Source: a virus (Duplodnaviria > Caudoviricetes). Taken from it: a DNA stretch of 64,000 nt. Positions 38,212-48,563 of this stretch are shown here, piece after piece (position 1 is the first letter of the stretch; each line of letters starts with the position of its first letter). Position numbers and translations under genes: made by a program. The stretch lies in the IMG/VR virus record IMGVR_UViG_3300044630_004720. The stretch is one strand, 5' to 3'. The notes under the pieces are model-generated. The model was not told the DNA's origin, made no database searches, and saw nothing but the letters and a program-made list of their open reading frames with translations.

Positions 38212-39627
38212 ATGGCAAAAAAGTTAGGATTAATAGTACCATATAGAAATAGACCTAAACATTTAGAACTATTTCAAAAAAGAGTTACAAGATATCTTGA
38301 TAGACATAAGATACCGTATGAGATTATCATTGTCGAACAAGATGAAGCTAAACTTTTTAATAGAGGTATGCTCCTTAACATTGGTTTTGCTTATGCTAAA
38401 AAAATGAATTGTGATTATGTGGTTTTTCACGATGTGGATATGGTTCCACTTCACGTGGATTACTCATATTCAAAATTTCCGGTACATTTAGCAACAGGGT
38501 TTAAACAAGAAGATTGGGAAACACCAAGAATGTTATTTGACACATATTTTGGAGGCGTTACAATGTTCACAGTTGATGACTTTGAAAAAATAGACGGATA
38601 CTCAAACAAATATTGGGGGTGGGGTTATGAAGATGATGATTTGTTATTGAGATGTGTTAAGAAAAAATTAAAGCTAGACACAAAAGTTGTTAAAAACGTT
38701 GGTATTGATGGGCAGAAGTTAAAATTTAACGGATATAACGCATATGTGATTGGTGAAAACAAATTAAACTATAGTAAAGAAAATACAATCTTTATTTCTT
38801 TTTTTCCAGATGAATTAACTTGTAATCACGAAAAACATAACGACGACTTTTCAATATTTTCAATACCTGGTTTTGATTTTGCAATTTCATATAACTCATT
38901 TTCAAGATATAACTTTTGTGCATTTGATTCAACTAAGAAACCTATCTATGTTAATTCATTAATCAAAACCAATTACCAAACAAACATAACGATTACAATT
39001 AATCCCGAGTATAAAAAAATTAGAGTGTTCCAAGATGGACAATTTATAGGAGAAACCGAAGATTTTGATACACTCTACTACTATAAGAAAGAAAAAAATT
39101 TTTATATCGGAGTTGGTAATCCTGAACGAGAAGAAAATCCAAATTATTTCAGAGGATACTTTGATAAATTCATCATATTCAACGATGTACTAACTGATGA
39201 TGAGATTGAACATTTATCAAATAATCACGATGAGGGCGTAATGAAAATGTTTGGTAAAGAAAAACACATTCAACTATACTATAATTCTAAGTTTGTTGAC
39301 AATTATCATTTAACAGACTTAACGGGTAATGGTAAACACGGAAAAATAGTTAATTGTGAAATTGTGAATTTGTCATTAGATAATAAAAGGAAAATTAATA
39401 TACCATTTAGAAGAGATTCTGTTTTTATTACCCAACATCACGAAGATAATGGTTTTAGTGGAAACAGATGGAAAACACAAGCAACAAGGTGGAATCAATT
39501 AAGATACTATAACGAGGTTTCTAAAAATGATGATTTGTTAGATAATGACGGACTATCTACTTTAGAATTTGTGGAGCACGGAAAAACAAAAAATAATAAT
39601 ATAACACATATTAATGTAGGAATATGA
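38212..39627 (+). CDS. GT7 (beta-1,4-galactosyltransferase-like) with inserted LamG-like domain
   Basis: IVPYRNR, FNRG.LLNIG, FHDVD, YFGGV, GYSN.YWGWG.EDDDL; ~220 aa beta-sandwich insert before the C-terminal His segment. Confidence 0.8.
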   Translation: MAKKLGLIVPYRNRPKHLELFQKRVTRYLDRHKIPYEIIIVEQDEAKLFNRGMLLNIGFAYAKKMNCDYVVFHDVDMVPLHVDYSYSKFPVHLATGFKQEDWETPRMLFDTYFGGVTMFTVDDFEKIDGYSNKYWGWGYEDDDLLLRCVKKKLKLDTKVVKNVGIDGQKLKFNGYNAYVIGENKLNYSKENTIFISFFPDELTCNHEKHNDDFSIFSIPGFDFAISYNSFSRYNFCAFDSTKKPIYVNSLIKTNYQTNITITINPEYKKIRVFQDGQFIGETEDFDTLYYYKKEKNFYIGVGNPEREENPNYFRGYFDKFIIFNDVLTDDEIEHLSNNHDEGVMKMFGKEKHIQLYYNSKFVDNYHLTDLTGNGKHGKIVNCEIVNLSLDNKRKINIPFRRDSVFITQHHEDNGFSGNRWKTQATRWNQLRYYNEVSKNDDLLDNDGLSTLEFVEHGKTKNNNITHINVGI

Positions 39628-41033
39628 GTCACAAATTAGGAATCTGTATACCTTATAGAAATAGGAAACATCATATAGATAAATTAATACCGAACCTATC
39701 AAAATATTTAACAAAACATAAAATTGACCATAAATTTTATGTTGGACATCAAGTTGATGACAAATTATTTAATAGAGGTGCAATGAAAAACATCGCAGCT
39801 CATTATGCATTTCAAGAGGGTTGCGACTACATAGCTTGGCACGATGTTGATATGTTACCATATGATGAACAAGGTGTGATTCCTGATTATACATATCCTG
39901 CCGAACATCCGAGACACATTGCAACAAGACTTTCCAAATACAATTACGGAATATTATATGACCAATACTTCGGAGGAGTGGTTCTTTTCACAAAAGAACA
40001 AGCACTTCAAACAAATGGGTATTCAAATGATTATTGGGATTGGGGTCAAGAAGACGATGATTTATTTTGGAGAGCACATTTTGAAGGGATGACAACTGGA
40101 AGAGTTATCAAAACTTACCAAAATAAAAAAGTAGCAAACTTTAATGGTGATGATTCTTATTTAGTAATTCCCACAAATAGAGAGTTAAGTTCTTGTTTAC
40201 ATAATGACCACACAATTACAATAACCTTCAATGCGGAACAACAGGACCACAAAGTTCCAATTTGGTTGGTGGGAGATACTCAAAAGAGATTTGTAGAATA
40301 TCCATTACTAAGAAAAGATGGTTCATTTACTTGGGGGATTTCATTCAATAATTCAAGAGCGGTAACAATGTCTCTTTTAGATAGAGAATCAAGAAATCAC
40401 TACAATTGGGCAAAACGTTTTGAGGGGATGTGGACACAAGTAACTTTATCATATAATAGTGAGGAAAAGAATGCGTATTTTTACGTAAATGATGAATTGA
40501 TTTCACAGATGAACGGAATAAAACAAGGTATACCGTTCCCTATAGGTAGAGACCTTAAAACACACGATGGTATAAAACCATTTTTATTAGGTTTTTGTAA
40601 TCATATGAAAACTTTTTACAAAGGAAAAATTTCTGATGTAAAAATATATGACACATATTTTAGCGACATCAATGAAATGGAATCTAACACTGAAAATTTA
40701 GTAATGGATTTCAATGATGTTAATGAAAAACTGATTAATAACAATGTTACATTCACAAATGAAGACATTGAAATTATAGAGAACATCGTTCCTTATAGAA
40801 AACAAGGAATGTTTTATTGTTTACCACACCAAGACGAAGGTTTTATCAATGGTAAGTGGGCGAAGGGTGAAACAACCGCAAGAAATGAAAAACGTTTCGT
40901 AACTGAAATGCAACAAAAGAAAATAAATTATAAAGAGGAAGGTTTAAATAAAATTACTGAAGTAACTGAAATTGTTGAACTAGATGAAAAATTGTATCCA
41001 AATACAATGTTCATAAATTGTAAAATGAAATGA
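39624..41033 (+). CDS. GT7-like glycosyltransferase with inserted LamG-like domain (paralogue 2)
   Basis: IPYRNR, FNRG.MKN, WHDVD, YFGGV, GYSNDYWDWGQEDDDL; same insert position. Confidence 0.8.
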   Translation: MSHKLGICIPYRNRKHHIDKLIPNLSKYLTKHKIDHKFYVGHQVDDKLFNRGAMKNIAAHYAFQEGCDYIAWHDVDMLPYDEQGVIPDYTYPAEHPRHIATRLSKYNYGILYDQYFGGVVLFTKEQALQTNGYSNDYWDWGQEDDDLFWRAHFEGMTTGRVIKTYQNKKVANFNGDDSYLVIPTNRELSSCLHNDHTITITFNAEQQDHKVPIWLVGDTQKRFVEYPLLRKDGSFTWGISFNNSRAVTMSLLDRESRNHYNWAKRFEGMWTQVTLSYNSEEKNAYFYVNDELISQMNGIKQGIPFPIGRDLKTHDGIKPFLLGFCNHMKTFYKGKISDVKIYDTYFSDINEMESNTENLVMDFNDVNEKLINNNVTFTNEDIEIIENIVPYRKQGMFYCLPHQDEGFINGKWAKGETTARNEKRFVTEMQQKKINYKEEGLNKITEVTEIVELDEKLYPNTMFINCKMK

Positions 41034-42448
41034 TAGATTTTAATATAACTAAAGATAAACTTAATGGTGTTGGTTGTGGATTTTGCCTCGCAAAGTGGAC
41101 ACAAGTAACAATGCATTTACACAATGGGACAACCCATTCTTGTCACCACCCGTCACCACATAAGGTACCTTTAGACGAAATCGAGAGGAACTACACTGCA
41201 CTTCACAATAGCAATACAAAAAAGTATGCTCGTAAAGAAATGTTAACGGGTAAGAGACCGAAAGAATGTGGATATTGTTGGAATGTTGAAGATAATTCTA
41301 ATTCATTTTCAGATAGAATATTTAAAAGTGCGGAACCTTGGAGTGAACCATATTTCGATGAAGTATCCAATTTACATTGGAGAGCAGATTACAATCCAAA
41401 ATATGTTGAGGTAAACTTTTCAAATACGTGTAATTTTAAATGTGCCTATTGCGGACCTGAGTACTCTACAAAATGGATGGAGGAAATAAATGAGTTTGGT
41501 GAATATAAATTGGGTTTCGACTATAATGGTATGAAACAAATGGATGACAATAAAACCAGACCATATAAACAAACTGAGTTTAATCCTTATGTTGAAGCAT
41601 TTTGGAAATGGTGGCCTGAGTTATATCAGACATTAGATACTTTCAGAATTACAGGTGGAGAACCTTTATTGTCTAAAGATACTTGGAAGGTGTTAGATAA
41701 GATAATTGAAACCGAGGAACCTAATAGAGAATTAAAATTATCGATTAACAGTAATTTAGGAGTTAATGATGAATTGATAGATAGATTAATCTTAAAATTG
41801 GATAAGATAATTAGTGAGGACCGAGTTAAGGAAGTTGTCATCTTTACATCTTGTGATGCGTACGGCAAGCAATCCGAATATGTTAGATACGGATTAAACT
41901 TTGAACAACTTTTTAGTAACATAGATAAAATTCTAACAGTACTCCCTAAAGTAACTGTCGTCATAATGTCGACGTTTAACATCTTTAGTATATTCTCATA
42001 CGAAATGTTGATAAAGAAGGTGTTAGACCTAAAACTTAAACATTTCAACACCGAAAGATATTGGAATTCGGCACTCATTTTAGACACTTCTTATCTTAGG
42101 TTCCCTGAGTTCCTAAGTTTCAGAATACTAAAAGGTTTCTTAGATGTTGAGTATTTCAATAGGTGGGAGAAGTTTATGAAATTCAATTCAACCTACAGAA
42201 GTTTAAATTTCTACGAGCAACAAACAATCGATGATGTTGGATTTTCAACCAAAGAGATAGAAAAAATAACGAGAATAAAAGACCTATTCATTAGTGACTC
42301 TAAATCGGATATTTCATTTGATGACAATAAAAGAGATTTTGTGATGTTTATCGATGAATATGAAAAAAGAAGAGGATTGAATTGCCAAGAATATTATCCT
42401 GAATTAACTGACTTTATAAAAAATATAAGAAATGAGAATAAGATTTAA
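41030..42448 (+). CDS. Radical SAM enzyme with N-terminal twitch/SPASM-like Cys cluster
   Basis: FCLAKW..HSCHHP, CGYCW, CNFKCAYC, ITGGEP. Confidence 0.88.
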   Translation: MIDFNITKDKLNGVGCGFCLAKWTQVTMHLHNGTTHSCHHPSPHKVPLDEIERNYTALHNSNTKKYARKEMLTGKRPKECGYCWNVEDNSNSFSDRIFKSAEPWSEPYFDEVSNLHWRADYNPKYVEVNFSNTCNFKCAYCGPEYSTKWMEEINEFGEYKLGFDYNGMKQMDDNKTRPYKQTEFNPYVEAFWKWWPELYQTLDTFRITGGEPLLSKDTWKVLDKIIETEEPNRELKLSINSNLGVNDELIDRLILKLDKIISEDRVKEVVIFTSCDAYGKQSEYVRYGLNFEQLFSNIDKILTVLPKVTVVIMSTFNIFSIFSYEMLIKKVLDLKLKHFNTERYWNSALILDTSYLRFPEFLSFRILKGFLDVEYFNRWEKFMKFNSTYRSLNFYEQQTIDDVGFSTKEIEKITRIKDLFISDSKSDISFDDNKRDFVMFIDEYEKRRGLNCQEYYPELTDFIKNIRNENKI

Positions 42449-43175
42449 AGAACCGTATTGGGTAAAATATAAATGGGATTTAGATACTCACCACGAGAAT
42501 CAATATGTTACAAAATTTAATAAAACAGATATTGAAGAAATAAAGACATTATTTCACCAAGAAAAATTTGTTGTAACCATAGAGGCAAGAGTTTTAGATG
42601 TCTATAGTCGAGACAGTGTTTTCGCGTTGTATGGAAAACCTGGAAAGAATATGGGGTTAACATATAATAATGAAAGTAAGATAATGGCATTTGAATTTTG
42701 GACAAAGTCGGATACCGAAGAATGGGATGATTTTAACTTTGTTTCTTTTGATAATGTTAGACCTGAAGATATTAAAAATGGTGTTACATTATCTGTTGCA
42801 AGAAACAAGGATTCATTCACTCTATATAAAAATTTCGAACCTGTAAATAAAATTAGATTTAAGAATAATCTAATTGATGATTACAAATACACTGGTTTGT
42901 TTTTAGGTTGCGGTAATCCCGGTTCTCCCGTTCCTGAACATCGACAACACGGAGAATATGATATCCATCATTTCTCTATTTTACAAAATACTTCTGACAT
43001 AAAATATGCAAGAGAAATATACGAATCAAAACCGGAGGTTTTACTAAAGAAACCATTTTATTCTGATATTTTATGTCTTTATAATTTTAAAACAATCAAC
43101 AACATCGGAATCATATTCGATGAATCTAAAAACAATAATTTTTTAGAAAGAGTACCTAACGATTTCGTATTGTAA
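42432..43175 (+). CDS. Stand-alone LamG-like beta-sandwich protein
   Basis: LFLGCGNP and terminal L.LYNF pattern resembling the GT7 inserts. Confidence 0.5.
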   Translation: MRIRFKEPYWVKYKWDLDTHHENQYVTKFNKTDIEEIKTLFHQEKFVVTIEARVLDVYSRDSVFALYGKPGKNMGLTYNNESKIMAFEFWTKSDTEEWDDFNFVSFDNVRPEDIKNGVTLSVARNKDSFTLYKNFEPVNKIRFKNNLIDDYKYTGLFLGCGNPGSPVPEHRQHGEYDIHHFSILQNTSDIKYAREIYESKPEVLLKKPFYSDILCLYNFKTINNIGIIFDESKNNNFLERVPNDFVL

Positions 43176-43185
43176 GTATTTTTTT

Positions 43186-43193
43186 TTATATTT
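43186..43193 (+). promoter_or_regulatory. TTATATTT promoter-like motif
   Basis: 19 nt upstream of ATG 43213. Confidence 0.4.
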
Positions 43194-43212
43194 TAATTAA
43201 ATTGAAAATATT

Positions 43213-44667
43213 ATGTCTAATGAACTAAGAGAATGGCGAAATAAAAACCTTAATTGTGTAAGTAAAAGTTTCTGTGCTGCTAAATGGTATAATGCAAGTT
43301 TACATTTGGGACACGGATACACCAATTCTTGCCATTTACCACTCCCACACCCAATTGATTTGGAGGAGATTAAAACAAATCCATCAGCATTACATAACAC
43401 CAAACATAAGAAAGAAGCACGAAGAATGATGTTGACAGGTATTAGACCTGCTGAATGTTCTTATTGTTGGAAAATTGAAGATATTGGTAGAGACAACATA
43501 TCTGACCGAGTTTATAAGAGTCAGATTTATAGTGAAGAGGACATTGCACTATTGAAAGATATTCCATATGATGAAGATATACTACTTAAAACCGTAGAGG
43601 TAAGCTTTGACAGAATTTGTAATTTTGCTTGTAGTTATTGTAACTCTGGTTATAGTACTACTTGGGCAAAAGACATTAAGAATAACGGAGCATATCAAAA
43701 GTTTCAAACAAGTAGTGCAGGTGCTTATTATGCTGACGGGTCTTGGTCTGAAAAGTGGGGTAAATTTAATGAAAAGAACCCATATGTACAGGCATTTTTA
43801 GAATGGTGGCCTGAACTTTCAAAGACACTACAGGAGATTAGAATTACGGGTGGAGAACCATCACAGAGTCACAATTTTTGGGAGTTTATTGAAGTAATGA
43901 AACAATACCCATCTGAAAATTTAAGACTCGCAGTGAACTCTAATTTGGGTTTAAACGAAGCGACACTTTTCAAACTAGTTAGTATCTCTCACGAGTTACA
44001 AATTAAAGAGTTTGACCTATATACAAGTAATGAATCATTCGGAGCTCACGCTGAATATATCAGAGATGGTTTGAAATATGATGTTTGGAGAAGTAATATG
44101 ATTAAGTTCATTGAGAACGCTAAATTCCGTTCATTAACCATTATGATGACGATTAATAGTTTATGTTTATTCAGTATCACTGAGTTCTTGGATGATATGA
44201 TTATACTGAAAGAGAAATATGGACCTAACAGACCTAATGTTGATTTTAACATATTGAGATGGCCATCATTTATGTCTCCATTATCACTACCCGATAATGT
44301 TAAATCAAAATTACATCTTAAATTAAAAACTTGGTACGATAAACATAAAGATAGTCCACTTTTTAGCATTCACGAGAAAGCTCAAATCGAAAGATTAATT
44401 GATTATATCGAAGTTGTTAGAAGAGGTCATAACCAAACTGAGTTGGATTTTGATAAACAGGCTCACGACTTCAAAAGTTTTTATGAACAATATGATGTTA
44501 GAAGAAATAAAGATTTCAGGGCAACATTTACAGACCCTGAATTACTTGAGTGGTATGATAGTATCAAAGTAGATTATTCAATCCCTGATGTTGAAGTAAC
44601 AAACGGAGCAATAACACATTATGAACCTGGTGAGTATGTGTCAGATGTTAAAACAAATATCATTTAA
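43213..44667 (+). CDS. Radical SAM enzyme with N-terminal twitch/SPASM-like cluster (paralogue 2)
   Basis: FCAAKW..NSCHLP, CSYCW, CNFACSYC, ITGGEP. Confidence 0.88.
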   Translation: MSNELREWRNKNLNCVSKSFCAAKWYNASLHLGHGYTNSCHLPLPHPIDLEEIKTNPSALHNTKHKKEARRMMLTGIRPAECSYCWKIEDIGRDNISDRVYKSQIYSEEDIALLKDIPYDEDILLKTVEVSFDRICNFACSYCNSGYSTTWAKDIKNNGAYQKFQTSSAGAYYADGSWSEKWGKFNEKNPYVQAFLEWWPELSKTLQEIRITGGEPSQSHNFWEFIEVMKQYPSENLRLAVNSNLGLNEATLFKLVSISHELQIKEFDLYTSNESFGAHAEYIRDGLKYDVWRSNMIKFIENAKFRSLTIMMTINSLCLFSITEFLDDMIILKEKYGPNRPNVDFNILRWPSFMSPLSLPDNVKSKLHLKLKTWYDKHKDSPLFSIHEKAQIERLIDYIEVVRRGHNQTELDFDKQAHDFKSFYEQYDVRRNKDFRATFTDPELLEWYDSIKVDYSIPDVEVTNGAITHYEPGEYVSDVKTNII

Positions 44668-45953
44668 TGAAATTAGTATTCGAAGATATTGGAAATCTAC
44701 ATAACTTTAAAAGTTGTCCTGATGTAAACCCATCAGGAATTAAAAGATTTACATATGCTCCTTTAATCAATGCGACTAATATGTTCTTCAGTTTCAGTAG
44801 AACTGAATCTTTTTTAAAGTTCATTGAATTTAATCCCGAAGTTGAAAACTATATTATACCGGCAGCAGTAAATCATAGTCCTGATGATTGGACAGGGTAC
44901 AATGATAAAGTTAAAAGTTTATTTGAATACCTAAATCCGAAGTACATCAAAGACTTAAGAAATAAGAAAGCTTTGTTATTATTGGACCAAAGTTTTGAAG
45001 GATATCAGACAAGTTGGTTATGGGACTTTTTCCACACACACTGCAAACAATACGATGTGCCACCATCAAGTATCATTTATGTGACAGGTAATATGATTGC
45101 AGATGAGACATATGAAAAGTTTTGTTATGAAAATGATATCCAAGATAAAATGAAAGTCATTCCATATGCTCATTTTGAATTGGACGTTGGAATGACTTGT
45201 TATCATATGGACCAAACGGGATTGTTACCTAATTTCAACACACATTTAAATTACAAGAAAAAAAATAAAAAAAATATAAAAACGTTTTCTTGTTTAAATA
45301 AGAGAATTAGACCTCATAGGGTATGGTTCTATAAGTATATGTTTGAAAATGACATTATTAAAGATGGGTTAGTGAGTATGAACGAATTCTCAAAACACCA
45401 ATACCCATTTGAAAATAATCTTATTGACTTAGATGTGATTGATAAGATAAGTGAAAACTTACCGTTATTGATTTATGATAAACGCAACAATGAACTTGAC
45501 GATAACTATTACATTAGAAGATTAAACGAACAGATTTGTTTAGATAGTTTTATTAGTGTTGTTAGTGAAGCACATTGTGGAGATAGTGATGAGACAATGT
45601 TTTTAAGTGAAAAACTTTTTAAACCGATTGCGTGTCGTCACCCTTGGATGGTTATGGGTAATAAGGATAGTTTATCGATGATGAAGAAAATGGGATATAA
45701 AACATTTTCCAATTTTGTTAACGAAGACTACGATAGTTTACCAACACACGAAAGAATGTTATCGATTATTGAAAGTATAAAAAAAGTAATCGATGTTAAA
45801 GATAAAATTGAGTGGTACGAATCAACAAGAGAAATTGTTGAACATAACCACAAAAACTTAATTGATAAATTATATAAACTTCCTGAATCATTTGTTGAGG
45901 TATTGAAATATTACAATGAATATTTTACAGGAGAAAAAAACAAACTAATATGA
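44667..45953 (+). CDS. Putative glycosyltransferase, GT10-like C-terminal motif
   Basis: FSCLNKRIRPHR, ISVVSE..FLSEKLFKP..HPW..G..GYKTF. Confidence 0.5.
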   Translation: MKLVFEDIGNLHNFKSCPDVNPSGIKRFTYAPLINATNMFFSFSRTESFLKFIEFNPEVENYIIPAAVNHSPDDWTGYNDKVKSLFEYLNPKYIKDLRNKKALLLLDQSFEGYQTSWLWDFFHTHCKQYDVPPSSIIYVTGNMIADETYEKFCYENDIQDKMKVIPYAHFELDVGMTCYHMDQTGLLPNFNTHLNYKKKNKKNIKTFSCLNKRIRPHRVWFYKYMFENDIIKDGLVSMNEFSKHQYPFENNLIDLDVIDKISENLPLLIYDKRNNELDDNYYIRRLNEQICLDSFISVVSEAHCGDSDETMFLSEKLFKPIACRHPWMVMGNKDSLSMMKKMGYKTFSNFVNEDYDSLPTHERMLSIIESIKKVIDVKDKIEWYESTREIVEHNHKNLIDKLYKLPESFVEVLKYYNEYFTGEKNKLI

Positions 45954-46354
45954 GCGAAAGAAAATATTTACCAACACTATCGGAGTTAATAGATAGATTG
46001 AGCATTGTACAATTAAAAGAAGTTTTTATTTCAGAACACAAAGATGAATATAGTCAAGAAATTGGAGACATATTACACGACATTCAATTACTCCTTAATC
46101 AAAATGATGACAAAATTACCTCCGAGACTATTAGAGCTATTGTTGTTTTATCTCAGATGAATCTTCATATTTGGCACAACGAGTCAAATTATAGGAAAGG
46201 AATTAGAGATGGTAATAACTTAGAACTAACTCACGGTTTGAATGGTATTAGAAACACTGCTAAGAATAAAATACAAGAGATTGTGGGTGGAAGAAAGGAT
46301 TATAAAATTGACTGTTTAGCCGCAGAGTTTAAAGACTGGGAAATAAGTTGGTAG
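45950..46354 (+). CDS. DUF6165-like helical protein
   Basis: TLSELIDRLSIVQLK, NLHIWH.E, NG.RN..K..I. Confidence 0.5.
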   Translation: MSERKYLPTLSELIDRLSIVQLKEVFISEHKDEYSQEIGDILHDIQLLLNQNDDKITSETIRAIVVLSQMNLHIWHNESNYRKGIRDGNNLELTHGLNGIRNTAKNKIQEIVGGRKDYKIDCLAAEFKDWEISW

Positions 46355-46401
46355 GATTTACTTAACCAACAAAAATTAATAAATTTATTAAAAAGAAAAT
46401 T

Positions 46402-47178
46402 ATGTTTAAACACTTATCAGATTTGGAAATCCAGCAAATGACATTTGATTGGAGATACAGAGGTTTCACAGTATTAGAATTGTTAACAGAAGACGAATGT
46501 GACGCAATTAATGAAGAGTTAGACCGTTTAAGAATGGAAAGAAAGAACACACCTACTGAAGACGGTAAAGAGTGGGGTGATTGGGACCCTTTTGCATACC
46601 CACATAAATTATCACCAATGATTGAGAAGATGTTCTGTCACCCTAAAGTGATTGAGGCTTGTGAATTTTTGATGGGTGGTGATATTGTAGGAATGCAAAC
46701 TTGGTGTTACTTTAAACCACCCGGACAATTAGGTAGAGATATGCACCAAAATGCATTTTATACCGGTTGTAAACACAATGAAATCATCAACACTGCATTG
46801 GCATTGGATAATCACGACCCTGAGAATGGTGCGGTATGGAACTACGAAGGTTCTCACAGATTACCAACGTTGGAAATTGAAGTAGATGAAGAAAGAACAA
46901 AAACCAATCCATCATTTTGGAGAAATGAAAGAGGTAAACCTTGTGTAATGCCGGAAGGTCACGACTTCAAAAAAGTAGAAGGTTATTTGAGAAAAGGTCA
47001 AATTGTTCTTTTACACTCACACGTTGTTCACGGTTCAGAACCTAACAATTCAAACCGTATGAGAAGAAACTTATTAGGTGGATATCTCAAGAAGGGAGCC
47101 CACTTTAATCAAGGTGGTCATATGAAAAGAGAACCAATTGATGTTCACGAATTGAGAGTACAACATTGGGGTAAATAA
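46402..47178 (+). CDS. Phytanoyl-CoA dioxygenase (PhyH)-family Fe(II)/2OG enzyme, HxN variant
   Basis: YFKPPG..MHQN, ALD..D.ENGA..GSH, G.IVLLHSHVVHGS.PN.S.R.RR. Confidence 0.85.
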   Translation: MFKHLSDLEIQQMTFDWRYRGFTVLELLTEDECDAINEELDRLRMERKNTPTEDGKEWGDWDPFAYPHKLSPMIEKMFCHPKVIEACEFLMGGDIVGMQTWCYFKPPGQLGRDMHQNAFYTGCKHNEIINTALALDNHDPENGAVWNYEGSHRLPTLEIEVDEERTKTNPSFWRNERGKPCVMPEGHDFKKVEGYLRKGQIVLLHSHVVHGSEPNNSNRMRRNLLGGYLKKGAHFNQGGHMKREPIDVHELRVQHWGK

Positions 47179-47182
47179 AAAT

Positions 47183-47210
47183 AAAAAGGGACTTAATAGT
47201 CCCTTTTTTT
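47183..47210. terminator. Bidirectional intrinsic terminator
   Basis: aaaaagggact-taat-agtccctttttt between convergent genes. Confidence 0.85.
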
Positions 47211-47757
47211 ATGCCTCATAATATAACTCGGGGTATTCTACAATTACATTGATACCACCATTTTCATAACAGTATTCATAGAGGTCCTCAATCGAATCCC
47301 ATTTTTTTAAATCAAAGAACCCAATATTTGGACAAAGTTTTCTATATTCTTCTATGTAATTTCCTCTATGTTGATGACCCGGGTCCAAAGGTTTATCCGA
47401 ACCCTTACCTAATCTTATAATCATATTTGGTTTCCAATCACCCTTACTCATTAAACCTATTTTGTCTACGTGATTAACCAATTGGTTTGTTGCACAAATA
47501 ATAAAATCCCAACGAGGATAGAATGTAATTACAAATTTACCTGCCATTGCCATTCCTAAACTCATACCCATTTGAGATTCTTCCATAACAGGAAGTTCAA
47601 TCATTTTAGACTTAGGTACTTCTCCTAATGTTGTACTCATCGGATTACCCGGAAATAATATTTGTTGACCAATGAATATTGTATCGTCTTTTTTTCCTAA
47701 AACTGACATTGCATTTGTTAATGCGTCTTTATATCTTGTGTATTGTGGTGAACTCAT
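47209..47757 (-). CDS. TPP-dependent enzyme beta subunit (PDH E1-beta/transketolase pyrimidine-binding domain only)
   Basis: FIGQ, ELPVMEESQMGMSLGMA, NQLVNH, DPGHQH. Confidence 0.75.
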   Translation of the reverse strand: MSSPQYTRYKDALTNAMSVLGKKDDTIFIGQQILFPGNPMSTTLGEVPKSKMIELPVMEESQMGMSLGMAMAGKFVITFYPRWDFIICATNQLVNHVDKIGLMSKGDWKPNMIIRLGKGSDKPLDPGHQHRGNYIEEYRKLCPNIGFFDLKKWDSIEDLYEYCYENGGINVIVEYPELYYEA

Positions 47758-48563
47758 AATGACTCAATTTTTTTAATTATTGCATCTGCAATTAATTTAT
47801 GACACTCCTTAGATGGGTGAGAATCTACGGGTGGATTTGGACCTAAACCTTCAGTATCGTATCTAACCAATAAATGAGGATACAATCTTTGTATATAATC
47901 TAAATTTGTATATTGTTTTCCATCATAATCAAAGTATATCATTCTTTCGTGAAGATATGGGTCCTCAACTACATATTTCACATAATCATCTTGCCAATTC
48001 CATATTAAACATTTAATACCTAACGCTTCATATTTTTCAAACAATTGCTTGATGCGACTAACTTGTTGTTTACAATGTTCAACATACCATTCAGGAAATC
48101 CACCGATATTATTATCTTCCATCCATTCAAAAAATAATTTTTGTGTTCCTTTATCAGAACCAATCCAATTCATTTTGTGGTTGTAACCTTTGTGTGTAAA
48201 GTTAAATGAAGACCTACCTGGTTGAGTAGTTTGAAATATAATATATCCAATTTCTTCAGGTTGGAATGTCTCTTGAATTAAATGGGTATAATGATGGTTT
48301 TTATCAAAACATATATCAACGAACTTTAAAGATTCATCTTCACTACCACCATTCTCCTTTTTTACTAGTTCAAATGTTTCAAAGTGATTTGCAACTAACC
48401 TCGGATATCGAATTGTCGACATATATCTTCTATGTGCGTCATTCACTAAAGTATTATCAAATTGTTCAGGTGCAGGTTGTTTTAATGTACTCAGATTGGA
48501 GTAATAGTATAACCCTTGACCCCAAGTGAAAGAACAACCGGCAAATATCATTCCTTTTTTCAT
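47754..48563 (-). CDS. SGNH/GDSL hydrolase-like protein
   Basis: FAGCSFTWG block I, GGS, DSHPS block V. Confidence 0.55.
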   Translation of the reverse strand: MKKGMIFAGCSFTWGQGLYYYSNLSTLKQPAPEQFDNTLVNDAHRRYMSTIRYPRLVANHFETFELVKKENGGSEDESLKFVDICFDKNHHYTHLIQETFQPEEIGYIIFQTTQPGRSSFNFTHKGYNHKMNWIGSDKGTQKLFFEWMEDNNIGGFPEWYVEHCKQQVSRIKQLFEKYEALGIKCLIWNWQDDYVKYVVEDPYLHERMIYFDYDGKQYTNLDYIQRLYPHLLVRYDTEGLGPNPPVDSHPSKECHKLIADAIIKKIESL

